This document shows positions 1 through 9,672 of a stretch of 64,000 nucleotides of DNA, one piece after another; the stretch's first letter is position 1; the number at the start of each line of letters is the position of its first letter. The stretch covers positions 5,736 through 69,735 of the forward strand of contig LCFP01000002.1 of the NCBI GenBank assembly GCA_000999095.1, in the 5' to 3' direction. A model generated the notes under the pieces. The model did not search any database and had not been told where the DNA came from. It worked only from the letters and a program-made list of their open reading frames with translations. The stretch comes from Candidatus Gottesmanbacteria bacterium GW2011_GWA2_43_14 (GTDB taxonomy: Bacteria > Patescibacteriota > Microgenomatia > 2-02-FULL-39-11). Position numbers and translations under genes: made by a program.

Positions 1-7
1 AAATAAA

Positions 8-2392
8 GTGGTTTTTCCCTCGAATTTCCTGGCTGCCTTTTATTCTCCATGGGCTACCATGAAGTTTCCACAATATCCGGCGGGTATTCCATATAAACCG
101 ATTGGCGGTAACGATAACGTCAGGATGTTCTATCCGTACAGATCCTTTATCAATGAATCGTTATCTCGAAGACAATTTCCGTTATGGAATCCCTACAATT
201 TTTCCGGGTCACCGCTTTTGGCCGATTTTCAGTCAGCAGTTTTCTATCCGCTGAATATAATTTATTTTTTTCTGCCGCAAATGACCGCCTGGTCATTGCT
301 TGTGGTTATTCAGCCGGTTCTAGGTACTGTCTTTATGTATCTGTATTTGCGCTTGTTTATAAAAGTTAAAGCGTCTCTTTTAATGGGCGCGGTCTCTTTC
401 GGTTTTTCAGGCTTTCTGATCGTCTGGTCAATGGAAAATGCCGTGGTTGGACAGACTGTTTTGTGGTTTCCGCTGATACTTCTTCTGACGGAAAAATTTG
501 CCGTTATAAGCTCAATAAAATATTTTGTCCCGCTGGTCATAACTCTTGCCGTATGTTTAATTGCAGGTCACTTCCAGTGGGCATTTTATATTTTTGCGGT
601 CACCCTGATCTATGGACTTATCAGGATTAACAGTTTAAATAAAACAAAGAAATTCCGCAGGTTATCCCAACTTGTCTTAGCCTATTTTTTCTGTTTTCTG
701 CTTGTCTCCGTTCAACTGTTGCCGTCGATCGAAGCATTTTATCATTCTGCCCGAAGCACTACCTCCATAGAACCCCTGTTAAACGTCTATATATTACCCC
801 TTAAATACCTGGTAAAAGTGCTTGCTCCGGATATCTTCGGCAATCCGGCCAGCGGTAATTATTTCGGTCAGGGTTTTTATAACGAAACTGTTTTATATGC
901 CGGCATAATTCCGGTTGTATTTGCCGCTTTCTCCGTACTCAAGCTCAGAAAAAATAAAATAGTCTCTTTTTTTCTTTGGACAACTTTCATTTCCTTGCTT
1001 TTCGGCATTAAATCGCCATTTTCCGACTGGTTTTACCGCTTGTCTTTGCCTTTGATCACAACCTTTACACCCAGCCGGATATTCTTTGTCACATCAACCG
1101 GTCTTTCAATTTTATCCGCTTTCGGACTATCTTACTGGCTGAATAAAAGGGATAAAACAAGCAGCCGGATTATTTCTCTGACTTCACTGGTTTTTATCGT
1201 GATTCTCTTGTTTTTTGCAGGAATATATTATCTGACCGAAGTGTTTTTAATTAAAAACATGCTGCTGGAATTTTTTTATATCCGTATTAAGCCGAATTCC
1301 CTGATGTCCGTTGCCAAGGCAACTACAAGTCTCAGAAACATAGTTCTGCCTGTATTGATGGTCTTATCTCTTATTCCTTTGACTTATCTTAAATACAGAA
1401 AAATTGCCGGTTTTCTTATTGTCCTGATTTTTTTTACGGGCCAGCTGTATTTTCTGAATAAATATCTAGTTTTGGGGGATCAGGCACTTCTTTACCCGGA
1501 ACATTTCATTTTTTCAGACATTTTGTCCCAACGAAATAAATTTGGCAGGTTTGTCAGTTTCGGCTTGCCTATTGCGGGAAATGTCGCTATGGAAAAAAAG
1601 GCTTATTCACCCGATGGCATTGATCCCGTATTTTCCAGAAGGTACGGACAGTTGATTGAGGCTGCCAAAAACGGTGGCAGATATACAAATGATATCGATA
1701 GGATTGCCGTTGATGTCTCCGGTTATTCCGATAATTATAAAAGTTGGGCTAATGATAAAAATTACCGTTTGTTAAATTTGCTGTCTGTAACCCGTATCTA
1801 TAATTACGAGAATGCATATAAAGATCAAGTCAATTTTTCCGTACTCTTTCCGGAATCCCGGTTCTTGCCTGTCTGGAATCGTGACGGCTGGCAGGCTTAT
1901 GAAAATAAAAATGCTAATCCGAAAGCCTTTCTGGCTGATTCATATTTAGTCGAAGCAGAACCGCAAAAATCATTGGATGAAATTTTCAATCCCGCAAATG
2001 ATTTGGAAGAAATAGTCATTTTGGAAGAAGAACCCGGTATTTCCGGATATGAAGTAGGAAGTGATAATGGGGAAGTTAAATCGGCAACTATTACAGATTA
2101 CCGGGCACAGTCAGTAAAAATTTCTGTTGAAACGGATAAACCGCGCCTGCTGTTTTTGTCCGACAATTATTATCCTGGCTGGGTTGCCCGGATTGACGGA
2201 AACAAAACTAAAATATACCGCGCTGATTTTGCATTCCGGGCTGTTACGGTCCCGCAGGGAAAACACACGGTAACATTCTCCTTTGAACCTGATCTTTTTA
2301 AAATAGGTTCTGTCATTTCTGCAACAACCCTTCTTCTTCTCGTCATGTTATTTATAATGAGAAATAACTTTAAGAAATTATTCGTTACCTAA
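8..2392 (+). CDS. Large polytopic membrane protein, YfhO-like GT-C glycosyltransferase family (putative); possibly 5'-truncated by the window edge
   Basis: 794 aa with many predicted TM helices and a C-terminal TM anchor (IGSVISATTLLLLVMLFIM). Size and architecture are typical of YfhO/GT-C proteins. The frame stays open to the window start and the N-terminus lacks the expected leading TM helices. Confidence 0.45.
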   Translation: MVFPSNFLAAFYSPWATMKFPQYPAGIPYKPIGGNDNVRMFYPYRSFINESLSRRQFPLWNPYNFSGSPLLADFQSAVFYPLNIIYFFLPQMTAWSLLVVIQPVLGTVFMYLYLRLFIKVKASLLMGAVSFGFSGFLIVWSMENAVVGQTVLWFPLILLLTEKFAVISSIKYFVPLVITLAVCLIAGHFQWAFYIFAVTLIYGLIRINSLNKTKKFRRLSQLVLAYFFCFLLVSVQLLPSIEAFYHSARSTTSIEPLLNVYILPLKYLVKVLAPDIFGNPASGNYFGQGFYNETVLYAGIIPVVFAAFSVLKLRKNKIVSFFLWTTFISLLFGIKSPFSDWFYRLSLPLITTFTPSRIFFVTSTGLSILSAFGLSYWLNKRDKTSSRIISLTSLVFIVILLFFAGIYYLTEVFLIKNMLLEFFYIRIKPNSLMSVAKATTSLRNIVLPVLMVLSLIPLTYLKYRKIAGFLIVLIFFTGQLYFLNKYLVLGDQALLYPEHFIFSDILSQRNKFGRFVSFGLPIAGNVAMEKKAYSPDGIDPVFSRRYGQLIEAAKNGGRYTNDIDRIAVDVSGYSDNYKSWANDKNYRLLNLLSVTRIYNYENAYKDQVNFSVLFPESRFLPVWNRDGWQAYENKNANPKAFLADSYLVEAEPQKSLDEIFNPANDLEEIVILEEEPGISGYEVGSDNGEVKSATITDYRAQSVKISVETDKPRLLFLSDNYYPGWVARIDGNKTKIYRADFAFRAVTVPQGKHTVTFSFEPDLFKIGSVISATTLLLLVMLFIMRNNFKKLFVT

Positions 2393-2790
2393 CTTTTTTA
2401 CTGCTTCCCAATAGGAGGAGTATCGTTTTAACTTTTGTACATACCAGTATTCAAATCCCCATAAAATAATATATTCCGCCTTAATTTTTTCTGACGCTCT
2501 TTTGATGTTCTTCTTAAGTTTTTCCGGAATCATGCTGGGAGTGCTTTCATATTTTTTCGGTGCTCCCATGGTTCTGCCTGCAATTCCGTGATTATTACAG
2601 GCTTGCCAAGTTTTTGCAGCTGACTGTTAATTGAGTCGTCCCGGATGCCTTTGGAAAAAGCGCCTTGGGGTGATATTTTCGGCATGCTGACCGATAAATT
2701 TGGCATTGAGTGGACGGGGAATATAACTACGTTCCCTATTTTTTAGTAGAATAAGTAAAGTATCAACCGGTTTTTCAAAATACCCCGGAA

Positions 2791-4134
2791 ATGAATAAAT
2801 TATCAATAAAATCATGGTACCTACTTTTCCCAATCTTGTTATTAGCAGTTTCTCTAAGACTGTTTAATCTGCCAGAAAGGGTCATCTTCGATGCAGACCA
2901 GGAATTTGCCGCCACATTCGCTTATGAAGTTCTAAAGATATTTCCGGTACGACTTATTGGCCAGGGTTTGTCCGTCCAAAGCCTTTTTATGGGGCCTTTA
3001 TATTTTTACTTTCTGGTTCCTTTTTTTGCAATTTCCCGTTTGCATCCTATAGGCGGTTATATAGGTTCAATTGCTTTGGGCCTTATCACTATTTCATTAT
3101 ATTTTTGGGTATTCAAATCCGTTTTTGGTACGAAAGCAGGCCTCATTGCTGCATATCTTCGCACCATCCTGTTTTTTTCCGTTCAAACGGATTTACTGAT
3201 GACTCCAGCTTTTTCAAGCGATCTTGCGGTTGTCCTTACTTGGTATTGTTTTTATAAATACTGGCATGATAAACACTTTTATCTTTTACCCTTAAGCTTT
3301 CTGTTCGGTCTCTATACCAGTTTTCATCCCATATTATTCCCTTTTTATTTTATTTTACCGGTTTTATTTTTGTTAAAAAGACATTTTCCCCCACCGAAAT
3401 ATCTGATCCTGTCTTTTTTATGTTTTTTGCTTCCGCTTTCACCACTTCTGATTTTCGAATACTTCCACAATTTTACGGAAATAAAAGCACTTTTTTTAAT
3501 TAAGAATTCAGGTAGTTCAGAAATAAAAACTGTTTCTATACTGATTGATTACCTGAAAATAATATTTATTTATCCGGTCAGAATGCTCGGCATATCATTA
3601 CCCGATAAAATTGTTTTAGTCCTGGCGTTTATATTTTATTCCCTCAGCAGTATATTTATTGCCCGAAAAATAAGTTTTTGGAAACAATCATTTCACCGGA
3701 TTTTTCCTTTAACGACTTTTATTATTTTTCTGCTGTATTATTTTATTCTCCCTGTTCATGTACCTGATTATTATTTTTCAGCCGTTTTTACCGTTATTTT
3801 TATTTATTTTGCAGGAAATATAAGTATTATGTTAAAAAAAAAGCAATTTATTTCTGCATTTTTCCTGCTTTTATTAATTACTCTTACCAATTTTGTCAGG
3901 CTTCACCAGTCATTCACAAGTCCTTTTCGCGCATCACTCAAAGACAAAGAAACCGTAATCAGAACAATTAGGCGTCTTTCTCCGGATAACAATATGAAAG
4001 TTTACTACGATACTGATCTTGGCTTGCACTTCGGTTTAGGCTATCTGCAGAGATATTACGGCATGGAAGCGAACGGCGGTCCGGGCACACCTGAATACAT
4101 TATAGTTATTCCCTCATCCAGAAGGAAAAATTAA
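2791..4134 (+). CDS. GT-C family membrane glycosyltransferase (ArnT/PMT-like, GT39/GT83-type)
   Basis: 447 aa and strongly hydrophobic. N-terminus MNKLSIKSWYLLFPILLLAVSLRLFNLPERVIFDADQ resembles ArnT/PMT-type lipid-linked sugar transferases. Confidence 0.5.
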   Translation: MNKLSIKSWYLLFPILLLAVSLRLFNLPERVIFDADQEFAATFAYEVLKIFPVRLIGQGLSVQSLFMGPLYFYFLVPFFAISRLHPIGGYIGSIALGLITISLYFWVFKSVFGTKAGLIAAYLRTILFFSVQTDLLMTPAFSSDLAVVLTWYCFYKYWHDKHFYLLPLSFLFGLYTSFHPILFPFYFILPVLFLLKRHFPPPKYLILSFLCFLLPLSPLLIFEYFHNFTEIKALFLIKNSGSSEIKTVSILIDYLKIIFIYPVRMLGISLPDKIVLVLAFIFYSLSSIFIARKISFWKQSFHRIFPLTTFIIFLLYYFILPVHVPDYYFSAVFTVIFIYFAGNISIMLKKKQFISAFFLLLLITLTNFVRLHQSFTSPFRASLKDKETVIRTIRRLSPDNNMKVYYDTDLGLHFGLGYLQRYYGMEANGGPGTPEYIIVIPSSRRKN

Positions 4135-4383
4135 CTATCTTATTCATCGGGAAGTGTAGGATTAGTGGTACTTCATCCTTAGCAATATTTAATACTGCTT
4201 ATTGAATGAAGTTAGAATATTCTATGGTACTAAAACATTCTATAAATGCAGATAATTTTAAATTAGTTATAAAAGCTTGCGCAGAGCATAGAGACAAAAA
4301 AATATTTTGAACTTCCTGGAAGTGCATTCACAAAAGAGAATGCAGTTATAGATTTATAATGCCCTATAGTATAATTCGACTTT

Positions 4384-5349
4384 ATGAATACGGAAAATCC
4401 CAGAGCACGGGGGTTACATCATCTTCAGCCGTCAGATCCTGTAATGGATCAGTGGGAAAAAATCGGTTTAATTGAACCTGATTTGGCACTTGTAAGGCAA
4501 TATGCATCAGAACTTGATGATTTTATTTATTTTTACCATCAAAAATTTAACTCATGGGTACAGAGTTTTGGAGGAAAATCATATTCTGAGATCACCACAA
4601 TTTCTCAGCATATGCTTCTCAAATTGTTGGGGACAACATCAAATGAAGACAGAGAAAAGTTTTCCTCCACAGCCTTTCCCAAATTAGCCCACCTCACCTG
4701 GAGAATTGTTTCAGCGATTGATGATTTTGCTGACAGACAATCTACGAACGCGGCAGATTTAGAAATCCTTACTGACAGCGAAGGAACAAAAGTAGCTGAC
4801 ATGATCAAGGAAATAACCAGAATTCCCAATTCCGACAAAGCCGGTCTTTGGTTTATTAAGCAAACACTTATATATATTGAAAAACATGAAATAGCTGTAT
4901 TAACCTTTGAGGAGGCAAAAGGTGCAAAGGAAAAAACAACAGGTATATTTACTCAGGCTGTAACTTTGGGCGCGTGGCCATTTCTTATGGTTAATTTCCC
5001 CCGACAAATGTCCCGGTTCCCCATTAAAAAATTTGTGCAGCATTCCATATCAGGTTCTCTGATTGCACAATGCCTGGATGATATAGCGGATTTCAGGAAT
5101 GATTTAGGAAATTCTGATTCGAGTTCTTTACTGATTTCGGCCGCAGGAAAAGCCGGAGAAAAAGACATATTAATGGATATGCTAAAGACTGGAATTCCGA
5201 TTACAATTGCAGAATTAATAAAGCGTAAACTGTATACACCAATTATATTTACGGAATATTTTCAATCTCTGTTAAATAAAATGCCTCAAGCGCCTTCCGA
5301 TATGAGATCATATTTTACGTATCAGTTTTTCAACCTTGAAAGTGATTGA
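4384..5349 (+). CDS. Class I isoprenoid-synthase-fold protein (polyprenyl synthetase / squalene-phytoene synthase-like) with two DDxxD motifs
   Basis: AIDDFAD at aa 112-116 and LDDIAD at aa 231-236, about 119 aa apart. This matches FARM/SARM spacing. GSLIAQCLDDIAD resembles the GxxFQxxDDxxD second motif. A TATAAT at 4370-4375 lies only 8 nt before the ATG. Confidence 0.4.
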   Translation: MNTENPRARGLHHLQPSDPVMDQWEKIGLIEPDLALVRQYASELDDFIYFYHQKFNSWVQSFGGKSYSEITTISQHMLLKLLGTTSNEDREKFSSTAFPKLAHLTWRIVSAIDDFADRQSTNAADLEILTDSEGTKVADMIKEITRIPNSDKAGLWFIKQTLIYIEKHEIAVLTFEEAKGAKEKTTGIFTQAVTLGAWPFLMVNFPRQMSRFPIKKFVQHSISGSLIAQCLDDIADFRNDLGNSDSSSLLISAAGKAGEKDILMDMLKTGIPITIAELIKRKLYTPIIFTEYFQSLLNKMPQAPSDMRSYFTYQFFNLESD

Positions 5350-5571
5350 TCCGAGATTAATTTCCAAGACGGTCTTGTAAATTTAGATTCAACACGATGT
5401 GTTCCTCTGTTTCTTATACTAAAGTTTTTTTAACATACGATCGGCTATCTTTTGTAAACCGCCTTGTACCGAATTGTACAGGCTATTGGACGAAGTTCTA
5501 ACATATTATTTATTTTTCAGCTCTCTTTTCGGTGCGAAGTGATTAGCTATGATTTGTGCTCCCGACCTTAA

Positions 5572-6003
5572 CTATATTTTTTTACCACTCACATCACCAA
5601 TCGGCTCGACTATTTTCCAGTAGGAATCCTTTCGGACGACTTTGCCCTTTTGAAACTCCCAAAGATCACAACCTCGCACATTCAAAATATCCCCTGATGT
5701 TGAAGTTCCAGTGAGCGTCCATTCTGATACACCCGTATCTGCATATGCTGACACCCAATGTCTATCGTCTCCGTAGTGAACGTCAGGAATACCTTCGAAT
5801 CGACTGGCAAGAGCTTTACGCACCTGGTCCTTGCCGACGAAGCGTTGTCCCCAGGGTTCAGGGCCCCTTGGAAAATCAAAGGAGCAGTCATCAGAGAAGA
5901 ATTCCATAATCGCATCGAGATCATGATTATTGAATGCTTCAAGAATTTGCTTTAAAGTCCCGACTGTGATGTCCCCATGGTTTATATTTCTTTTAACTGA
6001 CAT
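5572..6003 (-). CDS. SnoaL-like / NTF2-like (ketosteroid isomerase-like) small enzyme
   Basis: 143 aa; the motifs TLKQILEAFNNHDLDAIMEFFSDDC and the WEF...GK...SYW pattern are typical of SnoaL_2/NTF2-fold proteins. Local GC is clearly higher than the flanks. Confidence 0.55.
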   Translation of the reverse strand: MSVKRNINHGDITVGTLKQILEAFNNHDLDAIMEFFSDDCSFDFPRGPEPWGQRFVGKDQVRKALASRFEGIPDVHYGDDRHWVSAYADTGVSEWTLTGTSTSGDILNVRGCDLWEFQKGKVVRKDSYWKIVEPIGDVSGKKI

Positions 6004-6144
6004 TATCTAATTTTAACAGATTTTCCTCCGAGTTGCGGACAGTATTGAGAACTTATATTTTAGCCTGTCAGATAAGCTTATTTAATTATATGTACAGGCT
6101 ACTGGACGATGTTGTAACTTATTTCGCAAAGCAAGTTGGGTCAA

Positions 6145-6618
6145 TTATCTTTTTATTTCTTGCTCTACTTGTAAAACATACGTATCTCCACTGGAAGTTA
6201 TTATTCGTAAGAACCATTTACCATCTTTTGTAAGTATTCCGTCAGCGTTCTCTCCGTTTGTCATATTTAAAACATTAAACGTCGCTTTGATATTTTCAGG
6301 TCCTTTTTGATTATAGAATGTAAAATTTCTTGTTGATTCATCTTTTAATCTTTCTTCGTAAACAATAATTGCACCTTCGTATTCTAAACCTTTTAAATCC
6401 GAATCTTCAACTTTGTTTATTCTCAATGCTTGAGGTAAAGAAGTAAACCCATGAAAACGAAGGTTGGTTTCAAAACCCTGAATAAGTCTGTCTTGCCCGT
6501 AAGTTTCGCCAATGTTTTTAGTTTTTGTTCCATCAATCGGAGATAATCGGTTAAATTTATCAATGCTTTGATATAAATTTGATAAATTATTTTGAATAAT
6601 TGCTGGTCTTATATCCAT
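6145..6618 (-). CDS. Hypothetical protein
   Basis: 157-aa ORF with AT-rich codon usage like the host. No recognisable motif. Confidence 0.35.
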   Translation of the reverse strand: MDIRPAIIQNNLSNLYQSIDKFNRLSPIDGTKTKNIGETYGQDRLIQGFETNLRFHGFTSLPQALRINKVEDSDLKGLEYEGAIIVYEERLKDESTRNFTFYNQKGPENIKATFNVLNMTNGENADGILTKDGKWFLRIITSSGDTYVLQVEQEIKR

Positions 6619-6938
6619 AATTTTGGTCTTTTAAGAATAATCTAATACTTATACTATAATTTGTAAAGCGAAATAAACGAAATAAATTACAGATATAAAT
6701 TGATATAGTAGCGTCTATAAATTTGTACACCTTATTTAACGATATTCAAACCGAAACTTTGGACTATTGGAATAATATTTTCCTTAATTTAAAAGACTAT
6801 ATTTGTACTAGGCTCTGAAGTTAGGATCTCTTTAAAAATACTATTAGAACGAACCACATAATTACATTTCTCCTATATTCAAATATATTAATTGCTTATC
6901 CTATTTAAATAAAATAATATCGAATTAAATATTTATAA

Positions 6939-8147
6939 TTGAAAATGAAAAATGAAATAAATATATGGTCAATAAAGAATAAAAAAAATAAATTTCTTCA
7001 GATCAAATATTTCTTAATATTATTAGCGCTACTTTTGATCGTATTCGCTATCTATTTCCAAATTTTAAATAAAATTAATTTATTAACGATTCAATTTCAA
7101 ACTACTAATCCATCTCCTACTATTAATCCGGAAGAAGTAAAAAAGGTTAAAAAAGAAAAGTACGTTCAAAATATTCTTTCGTCTATGACACTTGAAGAAA
7201 AGATCGGACAGATGATTATGTGGGGTATAAATGAACCTGTATTATCTTCCGAATCAGCATCTATGATAGAAGATACTCATGCAGGAGGAGTGATAATAAT
7301 GATTAATAAAGATCAAGTATTCACACCACAACAGATCAACAAGCTAACTCATCAAATCAAGTATTTAAATAACAAAATACCGCTTTTTATTGCCATTGAT
7401 GGAGAAATCGGAATAATAAAATCTAAAATATCTGGTTTTGAAAATTATAATCAGTTTCCAGAATATATGGATGACAGTAAATTCTGCTCCGAAGTATCTG
7501 ATATATCAAACTTTCTTTATGATAATGGAATTAATGTTAACTTTGGAATTATTGCTGATATTGGTTGGAATCAAGGTTTTATCAAATACCGAACATATGG
7601 AAATACTCCTGAAAGTGTAAGAAACAGAATTACTACAGCAATTGATTGTTCAAATAATAATTTACTTATAACTGTAAAACACTTTCCCGGGCATGGAAGA
7701 ACTGTAGTAGATTCTCATTATACTTCTCCCATTATTGAGACCGACTATGACAAATGGCTAAAAACAGATAAAGTTCCTTTTCAAGAAGCTATAGATAAAA
7801 AAGTGGATCTCGTTATGATGGGACATTTGATTTATAACAAAATCGCTAGTGAACCAGCCAGTTTATCACTGGTTCATAATAATAATGTCCGTCAAATGGG
7901 TTTTGATGGAATTATTATTACTGATGATTTGGGTATGTTAGAAAGTAGTGGAATAGAACCTAAAGAAGTTCTAAATAAGGCAATTAATGCTAAAAATGAT
8001 ATTTTGTTATATGTAAACCATAGGCTTGATGCGAATGAAATAATCAATCAAATCGTTAATGAAGTTGAAATTCATAATATTTCTGTAAATAGAATAAATG
8101 AAAGTGTTCAACAAATATTAAAAAGTAAATATTCAATAATTGATTAA
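6939..8147 (+). CDS. Glycoside hydrolase family 3 N-terminal domain protein (NagZ-like beta-N-acetylhexosaminidase), membrane-anchored
   Basis: EEKIGQMIMWGI and KHFPGHGRTVVDSHYTSP (the GH3 KHFPGHG motif). N-terminal TM segment. Confidence 0.7.
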   Translation: MKMKNEINIWSIKNKKNKFLQIKYFLILLALLLIVFAIYFQILNKINLLTIQFQTTNPSPTINPEEVKKVKKEKYVQNILSSMTLEEKIGQMIMWGINEPVLSSESASMIEDTHAGGVIIMINKDQVFTPQQINKLTHQIKYLNNKIPLFIAIDGEIGIIKSKISGFENYNQFPEYMDDSKFCSEVSDISNFLYDNGINVNFGIIADIGWNQGFIKYRTYGNTPESVRNRITTAIDCSNNNLLITVKHFPGHGRTVVDSHYTSPIIETDYDKWLKTDKVPFQEAIDKKVDLVMMGHLIYNKIASEPASLSLVHNNNVRQMGFDGIIITDDLGMLESSGIEPKEVLNKAINAKNDILLYVNHRLDANEIINQIVNEVEIHNISVNRINESVQQILKSKYSIID

Positions 8148-8267
8148 TTACCTAAATTGTGCTCTTTCAGTCGTTGTTTAAGATTTTCAGAGTATCCGAT
8201 GTAAATCCAAGAAGGGAAATTTATACTTTGTAAAACATAAACGTAGTGAAACTTAAACATAAAAATA

Positions 8268-8306
8268 GGGACGCACCAGCCGGTGCATCCCTCGCTTTAT
8301 TGTTTT
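8268..8306. terminator. Bidirectional intrinsic terminator-like hairpin
   Basis: GGGACGCACC-AGCC-GGTGCATCCC, a 10-bp stem with one mismatch, followed by CGCTTTATTGTTTT on the + strand. An A/T-rich run also precedes it on the other strand. Lies downstream of the GH3 gene. Confidence 0.45.
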
Positions 8307-8703
8307 AAATACAGTTTCATTATTATACGGATTGGATTCCTGACTTCGGACATTTAGTGCCCCAAAGACCGTAATTTCTCCAGTTGTCCACAAAGTTTTG
8401 GATCTTCAATTGTGGTTTCCACAAATCCAGTTTCTCCAGTCTTCAGAATGGTTATCTGTGGGCTAAAATCTTTTGAGCCACTTTTAAGAGGTGTCCGAAG
8501 TCAGGTGACTTTCTCTTTTTTAATAGACCAACACCGGATAGTTTGTTGATATGAAAGGTAACGGTGGGCTGCCGCAGGGATAAGTGTTCCACAATTTCGG
8601 TAACCGTTGCTTACCTTCCGATTTTTTTAAGGTAATCCAAAATGGTCAGCCTGGACGGAATACTGGCTGTTTCCAAACACTGTCGGCATCTCTGGTGAAT
8701 CAT
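8297..8703 (-). pseudogene. Disrupted paralog of the ArsR-family regulator gene at 11086..11385 (frameshifted, with the MITE inserted)
   Basis: The minus strand gives MIHQRCRQCLETASIPSRLTILDYLKKIG (compare CHKCLKNLMEPSRLKIFDYVQKS). After a frameshift it gives RQPTVTFHINKLSGVGLLKKRK (compare RQPTVTFHVNKLAEAGLLQKKK), then the MITE, then NPIRIIMKLYLKQ* (compare EVIIQTKHL). Confidence 0.5.
8339..8506. mobile_element. MITE-like non-autonomous element, 168 bp, with perfect 14-bp terminal inverted repeats (CCTGACTTCGGACA ... TGTCCGAAGTCAGG)
   Basis: Perfect 14-bp TIRs read directly from the sequence. The element interrupts the reading frame of an ArsR-family paralog, and its 168-bp length equals exactly 56 codons. 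No internal ORF. Confidence 0.55.
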
Positions 8704-8748
8704 ATTTATTGGTATCTATCGGAAGAATATTATTTAAACACCAAAAAG

Positions 8749-9672
8749 TCAATTATTATAGCTTATCAGGAGAGCTCCGTCATCGTAAATCATACCCACT
8801 CCCGGAGCGTAGCGTTTGGTTGAAGGCGGAGTTTCTTCAACATAAAGTACATTATTAAAAATTCCTGCGGGAGTGTTATAATTTTGTTCAAATCTGATAT
8901 GGGCAGCCCTGTCCATAGCTATACCTGGAGCTACTTCCTGCTGGTAAGTTTGTCCCACAGTTGGATTAGCCGGCATGACAATTCCCGGTTTATTTGATCC
9001 TTCTCCGGCCCTCCAGGCACCGGAATGACCGACAATTTGCCCGCCGGAATAGATATCAACGTCCTCTCCGTAATAGCAGACCGTACCGTCCGGGGCGGCA
9101 ACAAAGAAATTACGGGAAATTTCAATAAGATTCCCGTTATTGGTTTCATATTCTTCCACTACCCTGGTTGTGATTCCCGCAACGACTTCAGTCTGATTTA
9201 ATACTGAAAATTTTACCGTAAAAGTTCCGTCGGATATGGTATTAACTTTACCTACCGGAAGGGGAAAATAAGGATTGGTTATATTTAATGAGAAAGGTCC
9301 GTTGGTTGGGTCGCAGATCGAAATATCCAGTTCTCCGGTTGCAGGTTGAGTAGGCTGGGTACCGGTTACCGTAGGAAAAGGGCTTGAATTTTTATTGTAA
9401 TTATTCAGCCAGATAACGTAATCAAGACCGTCAACCTTTCCGTTATTGTTGAAATCTCCGGATAGCCTGCCGTCGCTGACTGTTTTGTTATAATTTTTAA
9501 GCCAGATAACATAATCAATTCCATCCACTTTGCAGTCACGGTTTGCGTCCCCCGCAAGCTCCGTAAGGCAGGTTTGGGCCTGAACTTCAGGAACCGGTTT
9601 ATTCAGAAAATAGAAATCTGTTAATAAAATTATTAATGAAAGAAGAATGTAGGCAAATATTTTCCTAAACAT
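8749..9672 (-). CDS. Secreted protein with a dockerin type I repeat pair
   Basis: Signal peptide MFRKIFAYILLSLIILL...AQ. Two dockerin repeats: DANRDCKVDGIDYVIWLKNY and DFNNNGKVDGLDYVIWLNNY. Confidence 0.6.
   Translation of the reverse strand: MFRKIFAYILLSLIILLTDFYFLNKPVPEVQAQTCLTELAGDANRDCKVDGIDYVIWLKNYNKTVSDGRLSGDFNNNGKVDGLDYVIWLNNYNKNSSPFPTVTGTQPTQPATGELDISICDPTNGPFSLNITNPYFPLPVGKVNTISDGTFTVKFSVLNQTEVVAGITTRVVEEYETNNGNLIEISRNFFVAAPDGTVCYYGEDVDIYSGGQIVGHSGAWRAGEGSNKPGIVMPANPTVGQTYQQEVAPGIAMDRAAHIRFEQNYNTPAGIFNNVLYVEETPPSTKRYAPGVGMIYDDGALLISYNN

Noticed and set aside
8584-8823. 79-aa plus-strand ORF
   Set aside because: It lies antisense to the disrupted ArsR-family paralog and the MITE. 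It has no homology signal or start context and its composition is not protein-like.
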